A program made the position numbers and the translations under genes. Under the pieces are notes generated by a model that did not search any database, had not been told where the DNA came from, and saw nothing but the letters and a program-made list of their open reading frames with translations. Of a stretch of 43,752 nucleotides of DNA, positions 25,301 to 38,409 are shown piece by piece (position 1 is the first letter of the stretch; each line of letters opens with the position of its first letter). Origin of the DNA: Spongospora subterranea f. sp. subterranea (taxonomy: Eukaryota); NCBI GenBank assembly GCA_049724395.1, contig JAUGWO010000131.1:62001-105752 (forward strand), in the 5' to 3' direction.

Positions 25301-26354
25301 GTTTGCTACCCGCTATCTATATGCTACGCTCTGTACTCACTGGCGTATCACGAACACCGTTCCGTCTATTCCTGGATCCTTGGTGCCGCTTCGTCATTCG
25401 TCTATCTGTTCGGTTTCATCCTAATGTGCCCTCAGCTTTATCTCAATTATAAGCTTAAATCCGTTGCCCATCTTCCTTGGCGAATGCTCACTTATAAGGT
25501 CGGTCAGAACTGTGCTACTAAGCGTGTTCTCGCGCGTTCGCTTTGTAGATTTTTTTTCTCAGAATCGTTTTGTTTCTTGGATTCTTTTATTCGCCTAATT
25601 TATTCAATTTCATTGATAGTCGAAGCAATAATTTGCGAATGAAGTATTGTGGCAGTTTTCTTACGTTTCTATGGTCAAATTCGGTTGGTTTTTTCTGTTT
25701 TCTGCTTTTTGTTAGATTGCTGTAATGGTTTCTTCAAAGATGCTGTTGTTTGACTAAAATTTTGACATTCGCAGGCATTGAATACTTTCGTGGATGATCT
25801 GTTTGCGTTCATTATCACAATGCCGCTTATGCACCGTCTAGCTTGCTTCAGGTAATTGTTTTAATCTGTTTCGTGCTTTTATGTTCTTCGTCCATTGTCG
25901 TATTACATACGATATGCGATATATTTGGCTGACGCCATTAAATTTTCAATCAACAAATCGGAAGGCCAACGTTGTGCAGTTGGATGTTGTTTCAAGCGGT
26001 TTTGTCGAATTGAAAAGCGGACTAGATATCCGCAAAACTCGCAATCGTCTCTCATCTCATGGTTAACATAGGGATGATATCGTTTTCTTCGTGTACATCT
26101 ATCAGCGTTGGATTTATCGTGTTGACTTTACGCGCACGAATGAATTCGGTTTACGACCCGATGACGAGAATGCTAGGACACTGGCCGATGATCAGACTTC
26201 CAGGACGGTGACTGATGACGAGTCTGCTAGGATGCTCACCGATGCCGGAGAATCCAAGGAAGAGGATGAACCCGAACTTGATGTGTCTTCCAAAACAACA
26301 TCTACCGAGAGCACAACTTTACGTGCTCGACGTGCTGTCACAACAGCCGAATGA
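22381..26354 (+). CDS. CLPTM1: Cleft lip and palate transmembrane protein 1 family (CLPTM1/CLPTM1L ER lipid scramblase family), multi-exon
   Basis: Family motifs MFLETNPILLGITFLVSVLHMVFDFLAFKNDIAFWK, PQLYLNYKLKSVAHLPWRMLTYK, ALNTFVDDLFAFIITMP, YQRWIYRVD..NEFG. Confidence 0.95.
26160..26240 (+). repeat. Three diverged 27-bp coding repeats (DDENARTLA/DDQTSRTVT/DDESARMLT) in the CLPTM1 tail
   Basis: GATGA-initiated units every 27 bp from 26160. Confidence 0.65.
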
Positions 26355-28770
26355 TAAATTTTCATTGGTTTTTCACAACAATGATGCTGTCTTCTTGGCA
26401 ATACACGCTGTCGGATATGCAGAGATGCTTTTGATTCATCAGGCGAAATGAGTTGGGTCTGTCATATGAGCCACGTGCATCCCGCTGGGGGCACCTTTGG
26501 TTTGGGCAAAGACAAGTTGGGAAATTACGATGATGTTATGAAAAGCCTGATGTTAATTGCACAACGGTGTTAGTGGTGGAGGATGTCAATAGCCAAAAGC
26601 TGCCAGACGAATGCTGCCAACCTGGCATTCTGTATGGATGACGTTGGGTTGAACATTATCCAGGTCTCGCGATATTTTGATTCTTGTTCATTTCTGACTC
26701 CCGCAATAGCAATGGGGCGTTGCTTCTAGGCTGTTCATCTTTCGGAACAATACCATCTTTGCTATTCATGACTCGAATTTTCTGGTCAACGATATCACGC
26801 TCAATGTCTGGCCAATACAACGCTGAACTACAGTATTCAAAAACTTTGTAATATTCCTCTCATAGGCCTTGTAGATCAAAGACTTCAACCATTGTATGAG
26901 CCTCGCTATCGACAGAAGAAGTGGTCTGAGCGCAAATATGGATTCATACTCGCTGACCAAAATGCTCGGTGCCTTCCCCTCGATCGTCGACATAACGACT
27001 CCATTCTCGGCCCTCACAAATCAACACTTGCATTGAAGAATGATGTTGTTGAATGTTTGATATAGCAATGCCATGCCTGGTTAGCTGGTTCAAATTGAAC
27101 TTCGCTATATGCGGCTTGTAGAGACACGACTCCTTGATCCTTGCATTCATGGGCTCAGCCCGTTGTTTCCAGCAGTGAGACGTGGAGGTCGCAAGTTCGC
27201 GCGCTTGACAACAATATCCCTTTAGCATCATCGACGGAAACGGTGAAATACAATTGTATAAGTTATAGGAGAATCTCAGTAATAAGTTTATCGGTATTGA
27301 TAATAAAGTCTAAGGGTACCATTTCTGCATTATTTTACCTCCCGATGGTCAATGTCCTTGAAGTATCGCGTTTCGGACCTCTTCGGGAGCGTTGGAAAGC
27401 TTCAGAGCTTCACCGTCTGCAGGAACGGTCAGCGATGAGATGTTTGAAAATACCAGATTGGTATCCAGGCCTGGCGTCAAATATTCCGCTCAGAGTTTTA
27501 ACATTCTCGGTTTCAGTGAAGCAAGTGCAAGGTTTTCTCAAATCGTAAACTATAAGACAGGTACCACAAATCATTGTTGCATCCATTTGTTGGTTTATGT
27601 CGAAAATCCAGTCAAGCACTAACTGCAGTTTTGTTGTTGTTTGGAGAGACCACATGTCTTTACAACAGACTTCAAAAATGCGATATCATTTTGATCGGTT
27701 CGACGTACGAGTATTTGTTGATTGTCCAAAAATGACACGACGGCAAATGTCCAAAATCTAACAGGGTATGGGGACATGTCGCAAATGCAGAAAGCACAAG
27801 GATTGCATAAACCCGAATGGGCGATCAGATGAACTATGCAATCAGTCAACTTAATAACAGCATGGCAAATGAGGTGAGTTTTACCATGGTAGATTGATTG
27901 ATATAAAGTACTTTCTGAGTCTGGTTATGATGAGGATATGGCTGTTTGAGACACACTTGTGGATGAGGCTCAACTGGTAATTCTCAAGATAATCATGCCA
28001 GATCATTTGATGCCTCCTTACGCATTCACATGGTGCTAGATATGGACATCGTCATCTTTTTGCCATCATTGATCGACCTTGCGTCAGTCAGATTGGCGCA
28101 ACGATCGTCCCTTACAGTTTTCTGTGAACTGGACTTATGCAATCGATGCTGATCGATACTTGTGCCTTAATAGTTAGTTAGAATTATCTATTCCATGGTA
28201 ACGGCACCCAAATGTTATCTCGTGCAGACCCAAACTATTGCCGAACTACGTTGACGGCTTCGAGACTCAAACATGCATTTTTCGGGCGGGAATCCGAAGA
28301 TTGCAAGAAAAATAATAATTTTATTGGACGTAATTCACAGATATAGACACAGAATCCGGAATAGAAAAAATAAGGCAAATCTGCCACGTGGACTCCTGGA
28401 ATACGGAACGCATTAGCAAGAATTGCATTGAGAACATCTGTAACAGACGTAGACCAAAAGCCCTATGGCGAAACAAACGGTAACGAATAACAAATGAGAC
28501 AACAGACTGTACGACTGTTAATGGGCTATAGAGGAAAAATAGGTAGTTTGTTGTGGATATTGGAATTTCGTCGATGAGCGTTCGATAGATTGCAATAACT
28601 GTCATACGGACAACAGTAGGAGACAAGAGTGAGAATAACCCTAGGAAAACAAGGTTAGTAGGGCGATGGACAGAAAAACGGCGCGCGAAGTCTCCACCGC
28701 CAGCAACACCAACGCACCCAGTAAACAGGCGTGAATCGTTTACGGGGAAGTATAAATAATGGCTGGACGT

Positions 28771-31700
28771 CTATAACGCAGGGGAGATCGTTGTCGGGGA
28801 ACCAGTAGATACACGATCGTCCTGTGTCTCCCTAACCGGTTCCCACTCCTGAAAGAATTTCGCCGCCTACGAGATATTGGGTTTGCTTTTTGTGAGTGGA
28901 ATTTGAATACACCAGTAACCAACTGAATTATCGACAAAACAGTGATACGACAACAATGATACCTCATCTCGTAAACGTGCCGAGAACGGATTAAGTTCTT
29001 TGGCATGACGGTACACACTGGCGGCAGCATAGATACGACCCCTTGCAATCTGAACAAATGCAAGCATCGACCACGCAGGAACACAGCGCGGAAACGCAGT
29101 GACAATCCTGGAAAGAACAGACACACTCGCAAATGAACGGCCAGCGTCTACATAACACAATGCCAACTGTATTCCAAGCCCTATTCAAAAGCACTCAGAT
29201 ACACAATGGCGCACGAGTCTACAGAGATGTGAACAAGCTGTCAGATTACGGTAAAAAAGAGGAAAAATCCGGGGAAAACGAGGCAGTTGAATGACAATGT
29301 TTTTGACTTATGACTTACCGATGGAATGCGGCCTCGTCAAGGCAGCTTGCTCTACAATCGACAGCGTTGCAAAGTGATCCTGATAATTGGCGCATCGAGA
29401 GACAGTGTCGACAATATCCGCAAAGACTGCCAAATTCGCCGACACTGCCACAGCAAACTTATCAGTAAAACAAACATCTGAAGAATTGAAGTATATACAA
29501 ATAGAGACACAAGAGCAAACAAATGAATGGCGTGCGGGTCATCAAACAGACCAATCAGACTCAATTTTACCCGAGGTTGGAGTAGTTGACAAATTTTTGT
29601 CATCGTCGTCAACGTCAAGAAACACCCGGATGTCAAACTTCGTTTCAGCAACTACTATACTCCACAGCCCACGTATGTATAAACCTTTTTGCAATCGACG
29701 CCTGCCAGAAGCACCACCAGGGACGCCGGACATTTTTCGCACAGGAACATCGAACACAAGTGAAAAATCACCTGAATTAAGGACGAAATTGGAAGGCATA
29801 GAGGGGAAAAAGGAGAGACGCTGAGAAATTGTAAAATTAACACAGCTTGAAAAATATCCAATAGAAAATGCGAACGTTGTGACAAAGACAGCCGCATAGG
29901 AGATTGCTAATTGAGTATTCAACCAACAAAGGATAACAGAAAACCCGTTGATTGTGGTCGGTTCGTGCAAAGATACAAAAACCGTAAAGAAAAACTCGAT
30001 AAAAATGCCAACAAAGGTACAGTACAGGATAGATTTCCGTTGACAGCACGTAAAAGAGCATGAAACAATCCGAAGCAAACCCAGAAATCTGGTTCAAGAT
30101 TAGGTGAAGATGCCATATCGGATATTGCAAGACGAGCTGCTTCAGGGTTAAGCGGTGATTCCACATTGGATGAAACGAACGCGCTTAGAATAGCCAATGC
30201 GTCAGAGTTAGATGAAGCCGCGCATGCTGCAGTAAACATGACGGAAGCGTGGCCGTTGAACTGACTAATGCACTGAGGAAATGAAAAAATTTCAATATCA
30301 CCACATGAATACAGATCAAAACAAAATACAATCAGACAAAAGGGTAACCGGCAAAAAAAAGAGCAAGCATTTCAAAATAAAAAGGGAAGACGAAAATAAG
30401 AAAAAATCAGAAAATGCGGACGAACCTGCTGTCGGGACAATTCTGGATCAACAAAGAGTGCCCAATAGTAATACTCGGGCAAATTTTGCAGTCGATCAGC
30501 ATATTCAATGCTTGACGAAACAGGAGCGATCGTCCTGCACACGGACAAGAGAAAATTGACGCAGCGCAGCTGTTGATAAAGGCACCGATTAACGATTACG
30601 GTGTAATAATAATGTTGAGTAAAACGGGAGTTTACCGATTCGACACCAGTATCAGTATCGAGGAAAATTTTTAAGCACAATGACAGGGATTCAGACGAAG
30701 GTTTTGCAACTAGGACTGGCCATTGATGATGAAACAATGCAATCGGAGCGAAATCTGATACAACGGCTTCGCAACTCTGCAATGTGATCGGTAGCATGTG
30801 GAAAGAGGATGTAAACAACAAAGTAATCGCGAGAAGTAGACGATCGGCCAGACTATACTGGCATGAAAAGCCACGCTGAAAAACAACGTGTGAAGTCGAG
30901 CAACAAGAGAATTGAAGGACAGAAAAGCAGACAGCTACCAAATACAAATGAAGATTACAACAGGAGAAAGACTGAACAGGTTAATATCAAACAGCATGTG
31001 TAGAGCCGAAAACAGCGACATTTCCACATCGAAAAGTTACCAGAGTAAAAAAATCCAACGAGGTTCCAGTAAAAACCCAGATTGCTACCTGCAGTGCCTG
31101 TTGAATTGACATTTTGGCAACATCAACGTGTCCAGTATCGACGTCAATATCGATTAAACGGAGCATAAACGAAACATCTGCGGGAACAGCATCGATTGCG
31201 CGCAATATGACACTTCGTCGCGAGTCATAATCACAAGGAGTAAGGTCAATTAGCACACGCCAAAGCGCTGGACTGTCGTTGGTACAGCGAAGAGCCACAT
31301 TACACAGGCTCAACACTTCCTCTTGAGAAAGTTTGGAACCTGTATTTTTCAAACAGCGTGTTGGCAAAAGCATGGCCAAAAGACGACGTAACCGAGTTAA
31401 AAAAAATAAACAGATCGGGAAGATACGAGGAAGCCCGTCTATATGGTGTAAACATGCAAAGACAAACAAAAACAAGGGCAACGTAACCGCGAAAAAAATT
31501 CGTTGAACACTGCGGAAAATATAGATTACCCATTTGTAAAACTGATAGATAAACGGTCCACAAGGTGACGCTGCCAGTGTTGGCATCGACGGCCCTGGAT
31601 AAGATCGGAATAACCGACTCAACAGGTCGATGACGAGACGATTCCGCTACGCATATGGCATGACGTAACCAGAGATCGGGATTGGACGGATCTTCCCGCA

Positions 31701-34700
31701 GCATTTCTTCAGACATGGGATGACTGTCCCTGACTCCGCAACCATCAGTAAAATATCGGTCTGTTTCGGGATCTTCTTCGAGCGATAAAGCTTCAGTCAA
31801 GGTATTGATAACAATGGCGAACTGGACAATACAGATGATTAAAATTACCACTTCAACAGTAAAAGGAATGCAACAACGAAAAAAGTGGATTACCATTGCC
31901 GAATGGTCGTCGTTATCAAGCGGCCTTTGCTCCACTGCGACGAATTCGCGTAATTTTTCGTCAGAATCATCATCATCAACCATCCCCCGATTGACGAATA
32001 TCGATAGGGCTTTCGACATTTGACGATGCAACTCTGCGTTTCGGATCCTGGAGTTGCGCGATGACTGCATTAACCGGGGCTGAGGGGGCCAGTGTAGGCT
32101 CAACGAAGTTGCTCTTCAAAGCAACACTTGAGCCTGACGTTGAAATGTGCAACTGTTTGCAGGAATCGTCGTTACAATGGCCGAATAGAGCGAACTGACA
32201 AATAGTGGAATTGGGAGAGGGATTGTGGATACGATGCTGAGAGCGTAGACATGTCAACGGGCTAACGTATCGAAACTCGCGAACCAGATCAGTAGAGTCC
32301 GACGCGACGCTGTTGGATAAATATTCCGCATGGGCAACATCACCAGATGATTCTAAGGGCATGATGAATTCTGAAGCAGCCAATTTCAACTTGTCAACTG
32401 CAGCCGCAACATCAACAGTGCGTTCGGGTTTGCTTCGGTCCTCGACGTTAACCTAATGCCATGGAAACTTTTAGAGAGCAAATCCCAGAAAACGATATCG
32501 AGACGGCATAACGATCAAACAAGATAAACATAATTAAAAACCGAATTCTCAGGTACAACGAGGATCTACCGTGTCACGAGTATCCCGGGGATTGATAGAA
32601 ACAGCAACAGCATTTGATTCGGGAGCCTAAAATCAGAGAAAGCATTATTTTGAAAAGCCCAAACAGAAATAACATGACGCTGAGCGCAGTACAGGCAGTG
32701 GACGCGGCGCTGACGTCAGGTTGTCGGTAGACTGGTTGGATAGTGTTGACAGTTTCACACGTGCTTGGACAATTTCCACGCCGCACCGATCTATCATATT
32801 AGACAGACGAGAAGATTGCTCCTTCACGATGGTTAGGCGCGTGCGAAGCATCGCTCGCCGATTTACCAGCAATAAAATCTGAATCGACGCAATAAGTTGA
32901 AAAGCAACGACACGAACCGAAGAACAAACGATAATGCAGCAAAAAAGGTTCACTTGCAAATCCGTCTACCTGCTCATTTAATTGTTTTATATCGTTAGCG
33001 CGTTGTAAGTGCAGCAATGTTGGAGTTGATGGGACATCAATAACAGTACCCTGACTGTTTCCCTGCTGACGTTGGCGTTTGGTCGAATCCGGCACGGGCG
33101 TATTCATAAACGGTTGGGGACGTTTTCTAACAGTAGGAGCCAGAGACGGACCCGATGGATTAGGCTGCGAGATGACATTATTGTCATTATTGCTGTTAGC
33201 CGCCTCCGCAGCAGCGATTTTTTGCCTAAAAACCGGTTTAGACAATGATTTGTAGAAAGACATCATTAACTGGAAAAAATACAAAAACCGGAATATAGTG
33301 CCAGCTCATTCACAGCGTAGACGGTAAGATACAAAATCGTTGACAATCATGACCTGAGCAATTCAACAGATGACTTGATGCGATGTAAATGATGAGCCCC
33401 GTTATTGATGTTGGCAGACCCAGATGACCGCAAAGCAGCTCCACTTTCTTCACTGTCGTCGTCGGTCATCTCTTCGTCATCCTCAATATGAATTACGAAT
33501 CGGTCGTCCGGCTTGCGAGCAACCGCTGGAATGTTGGTTGAGCTTTCGAGAGATACAGAGCGAGGAATCACCCTGCTAGGAGATCTAGGAATTTGAAGCG
33601 CAGGCCTTGGAGTAATCCCCTACCACCCCAACAAACGTCAATAGAATAAAACCAAAATTCGTGACGAAACCTACATTAGCAGAGGTTGAAGCCGTCGGTG
33701 TCGCACTCAAAACTGGGCGTCTAGGCAACCCCGCTGGTGAAACAGCGACCGGCTTTACAGGAGGTGAAACATCCGGTAAGGTTGCGGAAGCCGAGATGGT
33801 GGTGGCGGTGTCGGCAGATGGCAAAGACAACGGTTGGGCTTCGGGTGTGAAAGGCGCCGCCGCAGCGCTGACAACGCTAAAACAAAATCAACGAAATTCC
33901 ATAATTGCATTTCTATGATAAAAACCTTGAGAGAAACCGGGCAGCTTCAGAATTACCATCTGGGGCGACTTCTTGCACGCGGGCTGACATATCTGAGGTC
34001 GAACGACGCAATGGTTTTGATTGCAGAGCGCGACGTTTGAGTTCAGCAAGCTGGTCATCAGTCATTTGGGAGGAATTCGGCGGAGGAATTTGAGAGGCCA
34101 AGGGAATGGAGCGCGGGCTGGCGCTCCGTCGGCGATCAGCGAACGGAGGGCTATCTTCAGCAAAGGGTCCGAAGCGATTCTATTCAAAAAACGAAACACA
34201 ATTAGAGAACAACACTGATGCATCGCGACAAACAACGAAAAACGCAGTAAGACCCATGACAGGAAATTCAGAAAAATAATGTACCTAAACAACAAAAGAA
34301 TAGATTGATCATTTAAATGAAAAAGACTCTTTACTGGTGGAGATCTTCGACGATCGGGAGATATAGGACGGAATACGGGTGGATAATGAGAATGAAAAGC
34401 AGGAACTTCAATTGAAGGCAACGGCATACGTTGGCGACCTCCATACGGAGGCTTAATCGTATACTTGGGAAACGGGAGTGGTGGAGCCTCAGGAGCATCG
34501 TACCGTCTTGATGGGGCCATAGAATATGGATCGTCTGCATGAAAATAGGAAAATGAACCAGTAAATCAATTTGATGACGCCACACGAAAAAAACACGGCA
34601 TACACAATGAAGACTGAAACATAGCTGATTCAGGTTGCTGCGACCAATGCATCGACGGTCTTTGCGAGTACTCTGAGGCCGGACGATCCGGAAAACGATC

Positions 34701-36559
34701 AAGAGGTTGATGCTGCATCAAAACTTGGTCGACATCGTCCGGAAATATAGGCTGCTGATGGAAATCGTCCACCTCGCTATCGGATAATTCTCCTTCTTCC
34801 TTATCATCTTCAGTTGAAGGCACACCAGACTGTGAAGTCTTCCGAGTGCCTAAAATGTTTGGGTAAAAACGATATCATAAATGTGAAAAATTCCAACCTG
34901 GAGAAGCCTCAGGTTTCTGTGGTTCTCTTGCAGGTGCGCTAACGTAGCGAACAACAATGCAAGTGGGGTCGATAACCTTGAGCGACATTTCCACGGACGA
35001 CTCATTACTGAACTCCACGATGAACACTGCCCTACAAAGTCACCATTAACGTTGATAACTAACGACATACAAATGGCAGAAATTTAACGAATGTTTATCG
35101 ATCACGTGAGGAGAATGAAGTAGAAAACCAATAACTGATAAAAGGGACTTGATGGAAGTAAACAAAAACGATTAACGTTGCATATGGTACCTATTGGACT
35201 TCATTCCTTCACATCTGATAATGTCTCCGCAACTATCGAGTATGCGGCGACATTCTTCTTCCGAGCCCTCTTCAAAAAACGTGACGAAAAACCGCACGAT
35301 CTGCTATGATACTGCTAGCTGTGTTGATACCGGATTGTGGAGTATTATTCCTGGGAAAAGCGTCTAACGAAATGCGATTACGCTTTTTTGAAATGCTTTT
35401 AGGAACGGATATTGAGCCGGTCAATCCGAAACGACCAGAAGATACATTCGTAGAGCCGGGTTTGGCGTCAGAGATGGCAGAGTTTGACGAAGTCACAGGA
35501 GCTGCATTGGATCTGGGAGTTGCAGATGATATTCTGGGATCGCTAAGCGGAATCGAAATTGAGGCTGGATCACTGCGATTAACCTTCTGAGTTACCGACG
35601 CTGTTTGCCACGGTTGCGGCTCTTCGCCAGGGTTCGAGGTTGAAACCACAGGTGGGTGAGCAGTTGCAGCATTAAAATTCGAAAATGAAACAACAGAATC
35701 CTTGGAAAATTGTAAAGGCGTTTGATTCGACGCTTGAAAAGAGCCGCTCTGAGGGGATTCAATTTCTTCAACCGAAACTGACAAAGCCGAAGGCGACGAT
35801 GGTAGAAGCGAAGCGCGAACTTGATCTTTTGCAAAAACGGCCGGAATGGGATCGCTGCTACAGAAGCCTGTAATCCGCTCGTTGATAGACTCTGGTCTTA
35901 CTGGAGAGCGGTCAGATGTACGAGCAGACGGAACACCGTTTTGATCAGCTTCGACATGTGGAATTGAAGCGGGTGGAGAAGTCATTGGACGGGTGAATTC
36001 CTGTCCAGAAGTGGCAGACGATACCCTGGGATCGCTGAGAGGGATAGAAATGGAGGCTGCACTACTAAAACCAACATTTTCTGGAGATTGATGACCGTTC
36101 AGGGCGACCCACGCTATCGGACTCGGAGAAGCGTCTTCGGCGGAATTCGGAATCGCCACAACAGGTTTCGCAGTTGTTGCAGCAGAATTCTTGAATAATT
36201 CTGAAGATTTCCGAGTTATCGCTGGGGGAATGACCACCTGTGCGGAATCCAAGGACTCAACGGGACATGATGCAGGCGTCTGTGATGAGAAAATAGAAGC
36301 GCGAACTTGGTCTCTTAGAAGGGCCAAATCGGGGGCATTGCTACCCATGCCCGAGATCCAATTGTTGTTGGAAACCAGTCCTCCAGGCAAGGGAATAGAT
36401 GCGGGTGGCGTTCTGGCCTCGTGTTTAATTAAATGAGATGGAGATTGATGCGCACCGACACCGTCCACTAAATACCGGTTACACAGACACACAGGGATGA
36501 TAGGAGGCCGCATCGACGGACTTCATTGACACCGGACCTGCTCGCGGCCAGGAATCCAT
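28771..36559 (-). CDS. ZFC3H1: ZFC3H1/Red1-like PAXT/MTREC nuclear exosome adaptor (zf-C3H1 plus HAT/TPR repeats), multi-exon
   Basis: Disordered N-terminus with EEGEL motif (~34782-34808); coiled-coil; YVSPLTCLRS followed by CQFALFGHCNDDSCKQLH (~32140-32270); TDRYF; HAT repeats EDPSNPDLWLRHA, ILSRAVDANTGSVTLW, AIDAVP, HAKELNPFSARL. Start and stop inferred by splicing. Confidence 0.82.
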
Positions 36560-37249
36560 TTCAGGGCGTCCTACCAATCTATCAAGGCCTTTCTATCTGT
36601 GTTTATTTAATACTACTTCATGTCAAAAGCAGCAAGACTGACAAGTTTAGCAAAAACAACATGCATTTATGTCATTCAAATCCGGTTTTGATTTGAGTTC
36701 GAAGGAACAGGCGAGTTTATGTATATAACTTGGCAACCACTTTTCAATTGCAAACGTATGCGCCTTTCGGTTGAGGGCAAAAATCGGTAGTAACGCCGGT
36801 TATCGGGGGCTTTAACAGGTATGTGTCTTATGTTTTGAAGTTTAATACCAAGGTATATGTTTGCTATTGCGATACGAATTTGATGTTTTTTACCAAATTG
36901 AAACTTTGGATATACAGTGGTGTGTACAACAACGAACAGGACATCTCGTGTACAACGAAGACAATACGGTAGTGGTGTTATTATTCTATCGCGAATAGGG
37001 CTGTCTCAGAGTGATCTTATCTCTGTTCTCGCCCTTATCTGACACACAGGCTGGCTAAGGCTTTTCGATATAAACATTAATATGTTGGACAGTGAATACG
37101 ACTTTGACTTGGCCTTGTTTTGTGTTTGGTTTGCCCATGTATATGAGCTACCGACTCCGCTCTTGCAGATATGTTAATTGCTTTCCAAAACTGATTTCGA
37201 GAACTAGACCTGCATTGTTGAGAGGTCTACCATAGGTCAGGGGTCTGGA

Positions 37250-37750
37250 TCTGTGGTCATTGCAAAATTTATTAGTGATGACTGATGAATGATGGTCCAG
37301 AGAGAGGCCTTAAATGACTAAACGCCCTATGATGACAAATTCAACAAAGCCGTTCACTATTGTTCCAGTGTAATGCCAACCACAAATATCGAGCTGGTGA
37401 AAGAAGCGTCGTCATCGCATCTCGTAAGTTCTGCATGATATGGCGACAACAAATGGAATGTGGAAGGTCATGAATTACCGTTCTGATGAGGCCGAGATCG
37501 AAGAGGCGCATCTAAAAGCGGCTAAGTGGAAAACGGTGGGTAATGATGCCTCGTTCAGTGTGCGTGGACAGAAAGAAAAGAAAGTCTACGACAAATAAAA
37601 GCAGCCAACATTAGAGAGAAAAGAAAGGCTACGACAATAGAGAAACTGATAATAATAATGACAACGTGCGGAACCTGTGTGAGAAAATCGGGTACATTGC
37701 TCGCAACTGCCGAGAAGTTCTAGTAAAGGACGGCACGTCACCTACGAACA
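37250..37750 (+). pseudogene. Highly degraded LTR-retrotransposon gag-like remnant
   Basis: Degenerate zinc knuckle RNLCEKIGYIARNC at ~37669-37711 preceded by a K/R/N-rich linker; many stops. Confidence 0.4.
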
Positions 37751-38236
37751 CGAAGGCATTGCATGATGAGGTGAGACCATCGGGTTGTCTTGTGTTATGT
37801 CATAAGCGCTGTTAACCCATGCGTGAAAGCTTTTTATGAACACAAGCAAATGCATGATGGTTTAGCCATAATTAAGCGCAACATGCGGACACAGCAGTTT
37901 GATATCCGAGAGATTGATATTCCCAGCTAATGTGAAGCTGTGCGACAGAAACCAGAAGAGACTTTCTCTCAACACGATCGAAATTCAATATTGTTGTACA
38001 GATCATATGACAGCAGACATTCTAACGAAGTCACTGGGTGAGACTTATTTCGGAAATATCGAGACCAAATTATGGTAACGTTTGAATCGAATGTAGAGCA
38101 GGTGGGACTCTTAATCTGATATCGGGCGCACCGGTAAATGTTGAATAGAAAAATTGAGTTTATTTTCCCGACAGAATACAATAGAGTACCCAAAACGATA
38201 ATTTAGTGACTCACGTCAAAACTACAGACGCCAAAT

Positions 38237-38399
38237 TGAGCGATAGTGGTAGATGGTTAATTGGTAACGATAATTAGTAGTATAGAAGAGTGCAGTTTAT
38301 TGTCACTGATGATGTGCTTAAGACACATAGTTGAGTCACGCTTATCAATGACTCAACATTAATTAAGCGGAAGATGAAAATATCGCCTGACGGTTAACA
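38237..38399 (-). repeat. 3' LTR (~163 bp, TG...CA) preceded on the minus strand by a polypurine-like tract (GCGGAGGTG)
   Basis: About 85-87% identical by hand alignment to 43115-43284; begins TGTTAAC on the minus strand. Confidence 0.8.
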
Positions 38400-38409
38400 C
38401 GCACCTCCG

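Noticed and set aside
2177..36559. Alternative genetic code to explain short ORFs
   Set aside because: Stops fall inside canonical GT-AG introns; spliced genes translate with the standard code.
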